Shown piece after piece: positions 27,958 to 40,878 of a DNA stretch of 64,000 nt. The notes under the pieces are model-generated. The model searched no databases and was not told the origin of the DNA. It was given only the letters and a program-made list of their open reading frames with translations. The stretch covers positions 6,482,122 through 6,546,121 of the forward strand of contig MU053810.1 in NCBI GenBank assembly GCA_013239625.1. Reading direction: 5' to 3'. The stretch's first letter is position 1. Every line of letters begins with the position of its first letter. The position numbers and the translations under genes were made by a program. The DNA comes from Lama guanicoe. Its lineage: Eukaryota.

Positions 27958-28203
27958 CTAGAAATGGGAAGTAAATACATAATGCCTTTGAAAGAAAGGA
28001 TCAAAAGAAAACACATTTTTCAGATGGATGCATTTATACAGAATCAGTAGGAAACATGTTAAAGTTAACTTTCAAACATTCTTAGATGTTTCATACTGAG
28101 TTAGTCAAATCAAGGCATTTCATCTCCACTTTGGACTGTATAATGTGAACTAAAATACTGCAATGTGAATGAAAATACTGCAACCATATCAGTAAGCAAA
28201 GAA

Positions 28204-28633
28204 TGCTGAAACCAAGTCATCAGCGGCTGCCACCCTGACCCCCTCAGTGAGGACAGCTCTGCAGCCCAGCCTCTGCAGCCACTCACAATGGTGCCCTCTG
28301 AGCGGACTCAGAATAAGAAAGGACAGGATACTGGCCCTAGATAGCTAGGTGCTTGTCAAAGGAATGAATACAATGAGCCCAAATGTTTGCTTCCTCCCAT
28401 ACATAGAAAACCACTACATTCTTTAACTTGAGATGCCTGGTTTTCTTTAGATAACAAGCAATCTTTTACTGTTCCAACTACCTGGTCTTTGTTGTAAAGC
28501 TCCTACATATCCTAGCTCCTCCCCTGCCTCTTTGGAGCAGTCCTTCAGCGCGATCTGAGAGGCTGTCATCCCGGCTCAAGTCCTCCCACCAAGTAAAACT
28601 TAACTTTAGGCTGTGCGTTTATTACAGTTGACA
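28204..28633 (+). mobile_element. About 430-bp solo LTR (ERV1-like) in the short intron between coding exons 3 and 4
   Basis: TG...CA ends (tgctgaaacc...cagttgaca), GC-richer than its flanks, TATA-like catatatcc and polyA-like agtaaa; TSD imperfect (agaa/ataa). Confidence 0.7.
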
Positions 28634-29036
28634 ATAAAAATCCAAAAAAACCACAGCATACTCCTTAGCCCTTAGCAAATCTTTTATTTCAAATGTGCTG
28701 ATCTCAAAAGAAGAAAACATTCTATATAGCTATTTGAAATAATGCCAAATGAAAATCCAACTATTAGTAAAAAAAAACACATTATCAACCTTTGTCATAA
28801 TCAATTTCAGAAATACACCAGAAGATCAAAACTCAGGGTTCTGTTGACACAAGGAGGGTAGAGTTCTAATGGAAAAAAGGAATTCGTTATGCTAAACACT
28901 TCAGAATTTTGTATCTTACTCTTGCATCAATAAATACTAATGTAGTGATATTTTTCTAAAAATAGGATACACATTTTTTTAAAGTTTAACTAGAACTGCC
29001 TCATAATTAATGCACGAACAATTTAAACTGCCTTAC

Positions 29037-29141
29037 CAATAGTGCTTCACGTAAGATATAGGCGATCATGGGCTCACTCATCCTTTTGCCCTTCTTCAGA
29101 AATCCTTTCACAAGATCCGTCACTGATCCTCCATTGCACAG
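29037..29141 (-). CDS. MYO3A: MYO3A coding exon 3 (human exon 5 equivalent), hinge/alphaD/alphaE
   Basis: gttacag|CTGTGCAAT...CTATTG|gtaagg; 105 nt; [35 protein letters not shown]; phase 0-0. Confidence 0.96.
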
Positions 29142-29614
29142 CTGTAACGTAGTATTTCAAGATAGATATGAAACAGATGCGACATTTTAAGTACTTGCTT
29201 TCAAAGGTTTCCTCAAAACATTTTAAAAAAATTGTTTCAATTTTTTCTTTCAAACGATTATTCCCATCATCCTTATGGTTTCATAAATGAAATGAACACA
29301 TACACTTGCACTAGTGTACAATTAATGATTGGACTACGGTTTTCACATGCATTAAGTTTTAGAAGAGAATTTGGAGAAGTACTGCCCTTGATTTTGAAAT
29401 TCAAAGATGAGAATTTTGATTCTATAAATTCATCCCCAATTTTAGGATCTAGCGCTTAAAAGCATTCTTGATTTCTGATAGTTTAATAGTGTAATAGACT
29501 CTATGACCTCAATCCAATGCTATATACTGTTTCATATGTGCATTAATTAAAAAGTACACCTCCTTTCTGGTAAAATTTCAGAGTACACTGAATTAAGGAT
29601 TACAAATAGTACTT

Positions 29615-29643
29615 TAGACAGATGGCTGGATAATGAAGCTGTG

Positions 29644-29688
<45 letters not shown>

Positions 29689-30185
29689 AATACTACTCAG
29701 CCATGAAAAAGGATAAATTAACGCCATTTGCAGCAACATGGGTGGACCTGGAGATTGTCATACTAAGTGAAGCCAGCCAGAAAGAGAAAGAAAAATACTA
29801 TATGATATCACTTATATGTGAAATCTTAAAAAAAAGAAAAGGGCACAAATGAACTTATTTACAAAACAAAGACAGACACACAGACACAGAAGACAAACTT
29901 ATGATTACCAGTGGGGAAAGGGTATGGGGGGGGATAAATTGGGAGTTCAGTATTTGTAGATACTAACTACTATTCACATAATAAACAACAAGGTCCTACT
30001 GTATTGCACAGGGAACTATATTCAATACCTTGCAATGGCCTATAATAAAAAGAACATGAAAAGAAATATATATGTATGTATAAACGAATGTATTATGCTG
30101 TACACCAGAAATCAACACATTGTAACTTGACAACACTTTAATTTTTTTTTTAAAAAAGAGAACAAAACAAAACAAAGCAAAACCA
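29615..30185 (+). mobile_element. L1 3' end containing a (CA)n expansion
   Basis: ggaatactactcagccat...gccatttgcagcaacatgg...A-rich tail; probable TSD caaatagt. Confidence 0.9.
29646..29686. repeat. (CA)~20 microsatellite
   Basis: Perfect AC run. Confidence 0.95.
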
Positions 30186-30769
30186 AATAGTGTGTTAGAA
30201 AACTGTTTTAAATGTCATGCCTCCTCCTCACCGCTCTCCGAAGAGAAGAGGAATCTAAAAGGAAAATCGGGAGGGAGGCACACGGTAGGGGAATTTTTCA
30301 CATCCAGATTTCTCCAAAGTTAGGTAACAGAAAGTCCCACCGAAAACTTTCAAACGAGCTGTGTATTTGCAGAACAGAAACACTGACACGAGCAGTGGAA
30401 CGTGAGAGGGGAGACAACCAGGCAAATGGTCCCAACAAAACTTGGCCCCATGAGCACTCGACCCCCAACTTCTGATCCTTTAGCCTTCGCTGTCAGGCCC
30501 GCCTCTCCTCCTAGGGCTCTGGTCTGTGGTCCCCTCACCCTTACCCTGACCTACTGGGGCTCCTCTGCCACCTTAGGGCCTGGGAACTAAGAGCCAGCCA
30601 TCATTTCCCTGCCTTTACTGACAGAGGGAGGCAGAGAAAGAAGGTGAGAGGAAGTGTGTCCTAGCATCCTGGCCTGAAATACTCAAGGCATTTTCTCTCC
30701 AACTTTCTTCTAACACGGTCAGTGGATTTTACTGGATGCCTGAACACCTGGAAGCCATCATGGGCTGGA

Positions 30770-31000
30770 CAATGACAGCTGTGTTGAGCACGTACTTTGT
30801 GTGAGCACATTTCTAATCCATTTACACACATTACCTGTCTATCTCACCACTCTGTGAAGCAGGTATTATCATTTCCGTATTAAAGGTTGGGAAAGGGAGG
30901 TGCAAATGATAAGGTAACCTGGAAAAGACCACACAGGGGTGACAGAGCTGAGACCTGAAATCAGGCATTCTGACCCTAGTGCCCAGCCTTCCATTTAACC
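30770..31000 (-). mobile_element. MIR SINE
   Basis: ttgagcacgtact...ctctgtgaagcaggtattatcatttccgtatt...ggtaacctggaaaagaccacacag MIR core. Confidence 0.65.
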
Positions 31001-31535
31001 ATGACATCTCGTGATCCCCCGACAGGCTGTCTGGGGGGGCTGGTGGATCTAACCACCATGTATGATACCGTTTTTATAAGTGTGCTTAACATCTAAACAC
31101 AAACTCACAAATGCGCATTTAGATGCAACCCCATGTACAGCTGGAGTCTGTCTACATAGAAAGACGATGTTCATCTTCTACAGGAGTAGGTGCAGCCCTA
31201 GTGTTCCAAACCCGGCGTTTCCTTCTGCAGGAGAGGGAACACCTTTTAACTGGCTAAGCGGTGCTGCTGTCCTGGCAGCAGACTACAGGGTCCCACTGCT
31301 CCACGGTGGCCCAGCACTAATGGTTCACAAAATAATTCAAAATTGACTGAAAAGAAATTCAGAGTCCTTTAAATCGCAAAGCATTTATTTAAAAAAACCA
31401 AGTCTTAGGACCAGTTTTAACATTTCCAAAACTCAATGCAGGGAGACTAAATGTCTGTTCCTAGATCTCAGAAGGGTGGCCTCTCTTTGGTGGCATCTAC
31501 TGTGGTTGACTATTAAGTTAGTACAAGAGTAAACA

Positions 31536-31610
31536 GTTCAGTGGTAGAGTGTGCTTAACATGCATGAGGTCTTGGGTCCAAGCTCCAGTACCTTCATTAA
31601 AAAAAAAAAA
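31536..31610 (+). mobile_element. 5'-truncated camelid tRNA-derived SINE
   Basis: gttcagtggtagagtgtgcttaacatgcatgaggtcttgggtccaa...poly(A); TSD aagagtaaaca on both sides. Confidence 0.88.
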
Positions 31611-31829
31611 AAGAGTAAACATCTGTGATCTTACAAGGAGAATAAACAAGCCATAAAGAATATGCAGGAAATAAAATAAAAATTGAAAGAAAAAAAAAAG
31701 AACTAATGTGATCGTAGAGTTTGCACTAAGCAGTTCAAATACCACTTTCTGGTATCAGTATTTCTGTGACATAGTTATTTTTCCCAACTAGTAAAGTTGA
31801 GAATACAGGATTCTTTGTACACATTTCAT

Positions 31830-32975
31830 TTTTTTTTGAAGTATACTGAAGTATAATTTAATACAATAAAATTCACCCAATTTAGTACACAATTCTGAGT
31901 ATTGACAAAAATATTAGTCATGTTAACACAACTATAGTCAAGATACAGAACAAGTCCATCACACAAAAATCTACCCTCATGGCTCTTTGTACTGAAACCC
32001 CTCCCCCAACCCCTGGCAACCCCTAATCTCTTTTCTGTCCCTATGGTTTTGTCTTTGCAGGACTGTCATGGGGACTGAGTCACAGGGTGTGTAGCCCATT
32101 AAGTCTGGCTTCTTTGATTTAGCGCAATGAATCTGAGATTCATCCCTGTTGCTGCACATTCCTTCTCTCATCCTGTTTTAATGTTGTTAATTCCTTTTTA
32201 ATGCTGAGTATCCCACTAAATAGACAAACCACTGTTAGTTTATCCATTCATTAACTGAAAGACTACAGCTGTTTCCAGTTTTGGGCAATTATGAGTAAAA
32301 CCACTGTAAACATTCACATCCAGGCTTTGCCATGAATATAGTTTTTATTTCTCTTTGGTAAATACATAAGAGAGGGAACTGTTGGGTCCTACAGATCATA
32401 TGTTTGACCTTCTAGGCATTTGCCATTCTGCATTCCTACTAGCAGAGAATGACAATTCCAGTTGCTCCACATCCTCACCAGCACTTGATATTGTGACTTT
32501 TTAAAAAGCCATTCTATTCTAAATGTTTAGTATCTCATGTGACTTTAATTTGAATTTTTCAAATGACTAATAATGCTGACCATCTTTTCATATATATATT
32601 TGCTGTCCATTTACTTTCTTTGGTGAAATGTCCAAATTTTTGGTTCATTTTTTTTATTATTATTGTTGAGTTTTGAGAGTTCTTTATATATTTTTGGATA
32701 CAAGTTCTTTATCAGGTGTTTGGCAAATATTTTGTCTCATTCTGTGGCTTGCCCTTTTATTTTAAGTATCTTTTGAAAAGCAGAAGTTCTAACTTTATCA
32801 TTTAAAATATTTTATGGAATTTTTTTTGTGTGTCATATCAAGCAAATGTTTGCCTAATCCAAGGTCACAAAATTTTTCTCCTATAATTTCTTCAGGAAGA
32901 TTTATAGTTTCAGGTTTTACATATAGTTAGGTCTATAATTCATTTTGAGTTAATTTTTGTACATGTGTAAGACTA
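31830..32975 (-). mobile_element. Old L1M 3'UTR and ORF2 end
   Basis: tttatccattca...ttccagttttgggcaattatga...gttgctccacatcctcaccagcacttg...tgcctaatccaaggtcacaa. Confidence 0.88.
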
Positions 32976-32989
32976 TACTTTAAGAAGTA

Positions 32990-34245
32990 GCCAAAGGTAT
33001 GATGACAATGTCTCATCAAATACAGAATACCAATAAAGAGACAGAAATAAAAAAAATGAAAATTCTAAAGTTGAAAAGTATACAAATGTAAATGAAAAAT
33101 TCACTAGAGGGACTCAACAGTAGATCTGAATTGGCAGAAGAAAGCGTCCACCAACTTGAAAATATAAAGAGATTATAAAACATAAAAAGAGAGAAGAAAG
33201 AATGAAGATAAATGAACAGTTTCAGAGAATTCTATCAATATACATGTAATGGGAGTACCAGAAGAGAGGAGAGAGAATAAGGAGGAGAAAAAAGTATTTG
33301 AAAAAAATAATAGCTGAAACTTCCCAAATTTGATTTAAGAAATACTAATTTTCACACCCAAGAAGCTCACAGTAGGATAAACAAAAGAGATCCACAGCCA
33401 GTTACATAAAATGGAAATATTAAAAGCCTAAGATAAAAAGAAAATCTTGAAAGTAGCAGGAGAAAAATGAATTGTCACGTAAAAAAGATACCCAAAAAGA
33501 TTAACTGCTGGCTTCTCACCAAAAAGAATGGAGAGCAGAAGAAAGAATGACATGGTAAAGGTGCTAAAGAAAAAAAAAACTGTCCCCCAAGAATCTTATT
33601 TCCAGCAAAACTATCTTTCAAAAATGAAGGAGAAATAAAGACATTCATAAGTAAACACAACCTAGAGAATTTATTGCTAGCAGATCCACCTTCTAGGAAA
33701 TACTAAAGCAAGTTCTTCAAGGATGAAAACTGGTGATCACAGATAGTGATCTGACTCCACATAAGAAAACAAAGAGCACCAATAAAGGTACTTATTGGAT
33801 TATAAAGACAGTATAATGCATATTTCTTTTTCTTATCTGATTTTAAAAGCAACTGTATAAAACAATATGTACATAATTGTATTGTTCGGCCTATAGTATA
33901 CAGAAATACAATATATTTAACATATCAGCACAAAAGTGGGTTGGAACAAAGCTATATTTAAGTAATGGCACCAGATGGTAACCAAAATTCACAGGAAGAA
34001 AGGAAGAGAACTAGAAATGTTAAATAAGAAAGTTAATATAACAAACTCTGTAATTACATACTTGCTCTCCTTTCTTCTCTGAGATTCTTTAAAACACATA
34101 AAATTATATACAGTAATAATTTGAAAAGCATACTATTTATTTACATAATATGCACAATAACAAGAGCATAAAAAGGAGGAAGACAGCGTTGAGTTACACA
34201 GGAATAACACTTCTATATCTCTCTGGAATTAAGTTAGTATAAATA
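32990..34245 (+). mobile_element. Old L1M ORF1 and inter-ORF remnant
   Basis: aaaattcactagagggactcaacagtaga...aatgggagtaccagaagagagg...ccagcaaaactatctttcaaaaatgaaggagaaataaagacatt. Confidence 0.85.
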
Positions 34246-35870
34246 TTTGACAGAATGCAACAGCGAAGCCACTGGGCCTGGCATTTTCTTTGTAAAAGGG
34301 TTTTAATTAAATTTCTTTTATTAATTCAAAGCTACTTATTCTATATCTTCTTATGTCAGTTTTACAGTTTGTGTCTTTCAAGGAAGACACATTAGTTGCT
34401 AAATTTACTAATATAAAGTTGTTCATAATGTTTCATTACTATCATGTGAATGTCTGTAGATTCAATAGTGATTTTCCCTATTTGATCCCTAACATTAGTA
34501 ATCTATATTTTCTCATTTTTTTTCTGGGTCTGTCTAGAGAGATTTAAAGTTAACTACTGACTTTTTCAAAGAACCAACTTTTGCTTTCATTTTCTCTTTT
34601 GCTTTTGTTCATTTTCTATTGATTTCTGTTGTTATATTTATTTTTTCCTTTTTTCAAGTTACATTGGGAATAATTTGCTTCGATTTTGTTAGCATCTTAA
34701 GGCAAAAATCTTACATGATTGATATTGAACTTTTTTTCTCTTGTAATATAAACATGGACAGGAAGTAAAACTGTCCTTCTCAGCACCACCTAATTGCACC
34801 CCACTATTGTGATATGCTATGTTTCCATTATCATTCCATTCAAAATCTCTTCTCATTCTCCTCTCTGAGCTAAGGGTGGTTCTTGAAATGTGTGTGGTCC
34901 AATCTCCAAATATTTGGGAGTCTTCCCAATATCTTAATTTTATTGAAATTTAATTTAATTTTATTATAATCAGACAACATACTTCTTATGATTTCAATCC
35001 TTTTAAATATGTTGAGATTTGTTTTCTAGTACATAATATTCAAGTCCTCTCTATTCTCATTGATTTTCTGTGTGTTTTTTAAACTACTGAGGACAGGATG
35101 TTGAAATTCCATTTAATACTGTGGATATATCTATGCCTATTTTTTCTCCAATTATATCAGTTTTTGCTTCATGTATTTTAAATCTTTGTTATCATGCACA
35201 CAGAAATTTAGGAGTGTTTTATTCTCTTGATGAATTGACCTTTTTGTTATGAAATGTCCTGTCACTGATTATACTGCTTGCCTGGAAGTTACTCTGTCTG
35301 ATATTAACATAGCCACTACAGTTTTTTTAAGATTAATGTATGCAGGATATTTTCCATCTTTTTACTCTTAACCCATCTATACATCTTTGTCTTTATATTT
35401 AAAGCAGATTTGTAGTTGGTCTTCCTCTTCATCCAGTTTAACAGTTTCTGCCTTTTAATTGACCATTAGGAGTTTAGACCATTTCCACAGACTTAGGGTC
35501 TACCATCTTGCTATTTGTTTTCTATTTGTCCTATCTGTTCTTTGTTCTTTTCTTATTTTCCTACTTTCTTTTGGTTTGACTGTTTGCAGTGTTCCATTTT
35601 GTCCTCTACAGGCTTATTAACTATATTTTTATTTTATTTTTAGTGGTTGCTTTAGAGTTTACAACATGCATCTTTAACTTAACACAATATACCTTAAAAT
35701 AACATTATACTACTTCATATATAATGTAAGACCCTTAAAACTGTGTTTTAATTTCCATTTTTCCTCTCCTGTCCCTTTGCTATTGCTGGCATGCATTTTA
35801 GCTCTGCTTGCTATGACTCTATAATATATAGTTATAATTGTGATTTCAGACAGTGATTTTTCTTTTAAAG
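34246..35870 (-). mobile_element. Old L1M ORF2 (endonuclease to RT) remnant
   Basis: gccactgggcctggcattttctttgt...ttttcaaagaaccaactttt...tctgatattaacatagccact...catctttttactcttaacc. Confidence 0.85.
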
Positions 35871-38800
35871 ATACTAAAAAATATAAAATGCAAAGTTAAT
35901 GTATTACTGACATACACTATGATTGACTCATTCAAGTATGCAGTTTGATGTATTTTGATAACTGTATACAATCTTGTAACCCCTAAATCAAGATACAAAG
36001 GCATATCCCTCACCCGAAAATGTTTCAAAATTCTTGGGAAAATACCATCAAACACTGGTAACGTTAGCAACAAGAAATCTATGATAAAAAAGAAAAAAAC
36101 TTAGGAGAAATATTTTAATGTATATGGTCAACATATATTGATTCATCAAATGGCAAAATATCTCATATTTTTCCTCCGAGTTAATACTGTAAGGTTGCAC
36201 TCCTATTCAGAGAGCAGATGCTTTTGCAAGCACTGAAGTAGTATTAAGGAAAAAACACCTACAAGTATCATATATAAATTATTTAGTATTTTTGGGTTAG
36301 AAGAGTGTGAAGAAGTACATTTACACTGCTTTTCCATCTTGCCCTTTAAACAAAAAATAAAATGAGATGAATCTAGGTAATTGTCTGTCTTGTTCTGCTG
36401 CAAGTACACCAAATAACAGCCCTTTATAGGAGAGCTGGGAATGGCTGTTCCAGCCCCTAAGAACATGAAAAGAATCACCGTGTCAGTCTGCTGCTCCACT
36501 GCAATTGTGCACAGCTACAGAAAGGAAAAAAATGACACTGTGCTATTAGAGCAGCTCAGAGCCCAGCTTTCTACTCCTCCCTGCTTCCCCTGACTGCCCG
36601 CCTCTGCCGCCATGTACAAGCCTGCAGGGGCTTCTTGTCCCCTTCCGTGTATGAATTATCTCCAGGGCAGAAACATGGAAGGGTTAATAGCGGAACAAAC
36701 AGAAACCACTCGGTCACTCTAACTCATTTTCCTTCTGCCATCCTATATTTTTCCTTTCCTCATGATGGACCGTATCTTACTTACTAGATATAAGTATGAA
36801 AACAGAATAACCAATAATGTATGACATATGAAAGTCATATTTAAGTTCATGAAAACCACTTCTGTTACCAGAAATGTGCATTTGAGGGGCTTTATGACTA
36901 TTTACTGAAGTTTTGTGCTTCCAAACACCACCTGTGATTTCCAGTCTTTGGGCTCTTGAAAAGGATATAATTTCAAATAGAAAAATTGCTGTAATTGGAA
37001 AGCAATGAGAGAAAGCAGTGTCACTATTAAGAATGAACAAATCAGGACTAATTCAGATAAACAACAGAACGCAGTCTGTACTCCCACCATGAAAGGAGCA
37101 ATTATAGCTAAGACTGGATTATGAGGGACAGCATATTTTAACAGAAAGATGTCCTTCCTTCCTTCCTAACTCTGAGTTTTGATTCCAGTATGGCTGAGGA
37201 CACACTAGACAAACAGACTGTGGGACAAAAGACTGGATTCCTTACTTATATACTTAAGGTGTTGCTGTTCATCCAAACAAAAAGGGGGAAATTACAGTTA
37301 AATCTCAGTTTTGCCCTCTGTGCTCATCAGTAGCAAATGCCTGACTCCAGGCTGATTTAACTCAGTTTTGGCTGTTTTTCAGCCTCCTGGTTTAGTGATA
37401 AGCACATGCAGAAACCTAACCAACTCCTACCTCCTGAGATCCCCCTCCGTCCTGCTCTGGACCCGCAACAGTAGATACTAGGAGTTAAAGGAAACACAAA
37501 GCAAAAGAGGTTTTACATTTTACAAAGAACGTAAATCAAGAAATATGATAGCAATTAGCAGAAATTAATCTAAGCATGGTATTTCAAAATGAAACATAAA
37601 TAAAACAACAACAACAAAACATTAGTCCTCCCTTTATGCCGACATCATCAGGAAACGTAAAGTACTAAGTGACAATAAATATCTCCACAGGCGATTTGTT
37701 AAAAAAAAAAAACAGTTCCCACAGCAGAAAACTTTCTACCCCTTTTCTTCCTAGCTAGCTTCACTACAAGTGTGCAATTGGAGTTTCATAGGGCTAGCAA
37801 CTAGGACTCTTCTGTATGTTCTGAAAATGAACATAAAGAGAATTTAGAAGGAAATAATTCCTAAACAAAGCCCTGTATATCATTCATGCTCAAAAATTTA
37901 CAGTGTAACAACAAAAACAACAAATACAGGAAGGAGAAATATTGTATCAAAATGGAAGAAATAATTCAAAAATCGTAATTAAGTAATAGAGAATATAGAA
38001 TACACAGGGAACGTCTGGGTAAGTATTTTCTTCTTAGAATTTCAATTTTAGATTGAACTATAAATAAAATGATTTTTTCATGATGAAGAATCTCTGGGTA
38101 GGAGTTTGTCTAAGCGGGTACAGCCCCTGCCCCACCCCACAAGCCAGGGTGTCACTGGTGGCTCAGCCCCTCCAGGACTCACCTTCTTTATGCAGATTCA
38201 CAGGAGAAGTCTAGCATTGTTAGCATGACTCTCTGGGTAACACCACAGCCCCTCTTCGGCCATGCTTTTGGTATTCTCGTGCAAAATTATCTATTTGGGT
38301 TTTATTATGATAAGAGGTATAATTAGCAGTCATTTTGTAGAATAAAGTATTGATGCCACAAGCCAATTTTCTGAAAGTGCCTCTAAAGCAGCACCTGCAC
38401 CATTCATGTTTATAAATCAGGTAATTGTACATCTAGCCACTTATGTGTATATGTAATTAGCCTATTTTACATATGCAAATCAATTGTCTTATATACAGAT
38501 TGCCAACTTCTTATTTTATGTTTTTTCCCCACTTTGTAAGTTCAGATAGATCAGATGTCTGAAACACTATTTTAATAAACTACCATTTACTCTTTTTTCT
38601 CAAGCCTTTTAGGGATATTTACAATGCCTCCATCTGATAATAAACTATAAGGACAAAGTTCAAAGAAGCTGTTAAGTCTCTGCTGATTCATTATATCAGG
38701 AAGCCACTTTGCTTGTACTGGATGTTCCAAAACCATTTTAATCAATCTTTTCTGCTCTTGCCAAAGAACATTTAACTATGATTAGGAGTCTCCAGTTCTT

Positions 38801-39227
38801 ACCTAATTCCAAGTGATAACACTGAGAAATGACAATATAATTAGAACAGGAGTTGGTTAGGCATAAAAGACAATGATTGATCTCATTCAGTATTTTTAAA
38901 CTCTGGACAAAGATTTATACCTTGTGTTCTTGCCCATTTAGGCCTACATTAGGCAGAACACCTGAATCTTCAAATGCTAATTTGCCAATGATTCTACATG
39001 GAAAAAAATTACAGATAAGCTTATCAAAAATAGTTTAAAGGATATAAAGATACAAAATTTTATTCAAGACTACATTAAGGGTTTGCACAGCATTACATCT
39101 CAAATACACAAAAACATGAAGTGAAAAAAAATTAAACTGCTATAAAATAATATAATACACAGCTTCAGATTCTGAAAAGGTTCTTGAGAAATCTATTTCA
39201 TAATTTTGAAAGGCTCTATAGTTCAAT

Positions 39228-39720
39228 TAAAGATGGCAGATTAAAAACATAAGTTCATTTCCTCTCACCCATGAACCGCCATTAAAATGCAAATAAAGGA
39301 ATAAAACAGTATAAAACCACAAGAGAAAAGAGAACAAAAAGGGAAAGAAATGGAGAGAAGATCTCAACAAAGTTTTTTGGCATGGAACACAGGTGACCGA
39401 ACGGTAGCTGATTTAGCAAAGCAGAGGAAGCCACACACTAAGGTGCTATTTTGAGGTCACCTGAGCAGATTAATCCAGACAGGGTGAGGTAACAGTGACA
39501 GCGGAGGGGGTGGGGGAGGGGCAGAAACCAAGGGATCCTTTGGAGGTCTCTAATCAAAAGACTTGACACCCTCTTACCCCACATACAAAACATCAACATC
39601 CAGGAGCCTGCCTGAGCACTCCACACACACAAACACACACACACACACCAGCACACAGGACTGGAATTTTTGTTCCCCAGAGAAACCATATTGAAGGGAC
39701 TCAAGATCTGGTGACATCAG
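39228..39720 (+). mobile_element. Probable 5' region of an ancient L1ME
   Basis: ttaaagatggcagatt...ccattaaaatgcaaataaagg...aaaaccacaagagaaaagagaa. Confidence 0.5.
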
Positions 39721-40800
39721 GGCACTGGGTAATGAGAGGAAGGCACATAACTACATGATGTGCAAAACAGAGAAGTAAACCTGGAAAGTGGAGGCCAAGG
39801 GACCATCTGGGAAGCAATGGATTCCACCCAGGTGAGCAGCGGAGAGATATCAGAGGTCAGATACCCGGCAGACCTCCATAATGAAGTAGGAGGACACAGG
39901 GTTCCAGAGCCGCAATTAATAATCGTGCCAAGATTCTGAACACAGGTTAGGAAATGGAAGAGCAGACAAGCTCAGCCATCTACTTCCAGGTACAGCAATC
40001 GGCACAGCAAGAGCCCAGGAGAAGGGGCTCCACGTGTCTGGATCTACATTAGTACTGCTCTGTATTATAAGCCCTTTAGTTCTACTCGCTTTTTATTAAT
40101 CAAGTGAATGTATTTATTTCTTTAAGATAAAAATGATTCAGTCTATCTGAAATTATATGAACTGGAAAAAAGGATAATTTCATAAGCAAAACTATCAATC
40201 ATTTTGAACATACAAAAATGATGAAGGAAACATGTTCAGTGTTAAGAGTGTTCCTTCTTATAGTTTCAAGTATTTCCTACAGTGATGACTTATTTGTAGA
40301 ATCATTTAAACGCTGCAAGAGAAGAAAATATAACGTATAAAGACAATATAATTTATAAATGATTACTGTGCAGGAAAACCAATGGAGCTGCAGGAAAACC
40401 AATAGCACATTGCAAAAAATAAATGGAACAGTCAAACGCTAATAAAATAATGTGAATACAATCAATAGATATTGCTAAGGGGGGATCAAATGAAGGTTTT
40501 ACTAGCTTTGAGTTTAATAAAAGCAACTTTCAAACATTTTTATAAATTTTATTTTATTTTATTGGAATTAATGATTAGTTTATTTGGGTAAAAATATTCA
40601 GTGAACATTAGAAAAACCACAGTCTTCTAGGACTGGCAGTTACCCTAGGGGGCACTTTCTAGGACTTCTGCATTGAAAAAATTGTCCCAACCTACTCTCC
40701 AGACTTGGAAAAGAAGACTCTACAGTTTCCCTTTGGTAGCTTATTCGGTATTCAACACCATTTCTAGTAAGGTTTTTTTTTTCCCCCATAAATGTACATA

Positions 40801-40878
40801 CAGTTGACCCTCTGTATCCGCGATCACAGCTGTTTTGAGTCTGACCACGTGGAACCCGCAGATACAGAGGACCAACTA
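40801..40878. mobile_element. 78-bp Tigger-type MITE / hairpin
   Basis: 22-bp terminal inverted repeats (18/22 match) 40801-40822 and 40857-40878, TA on both sides. Confidence 0.8.
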
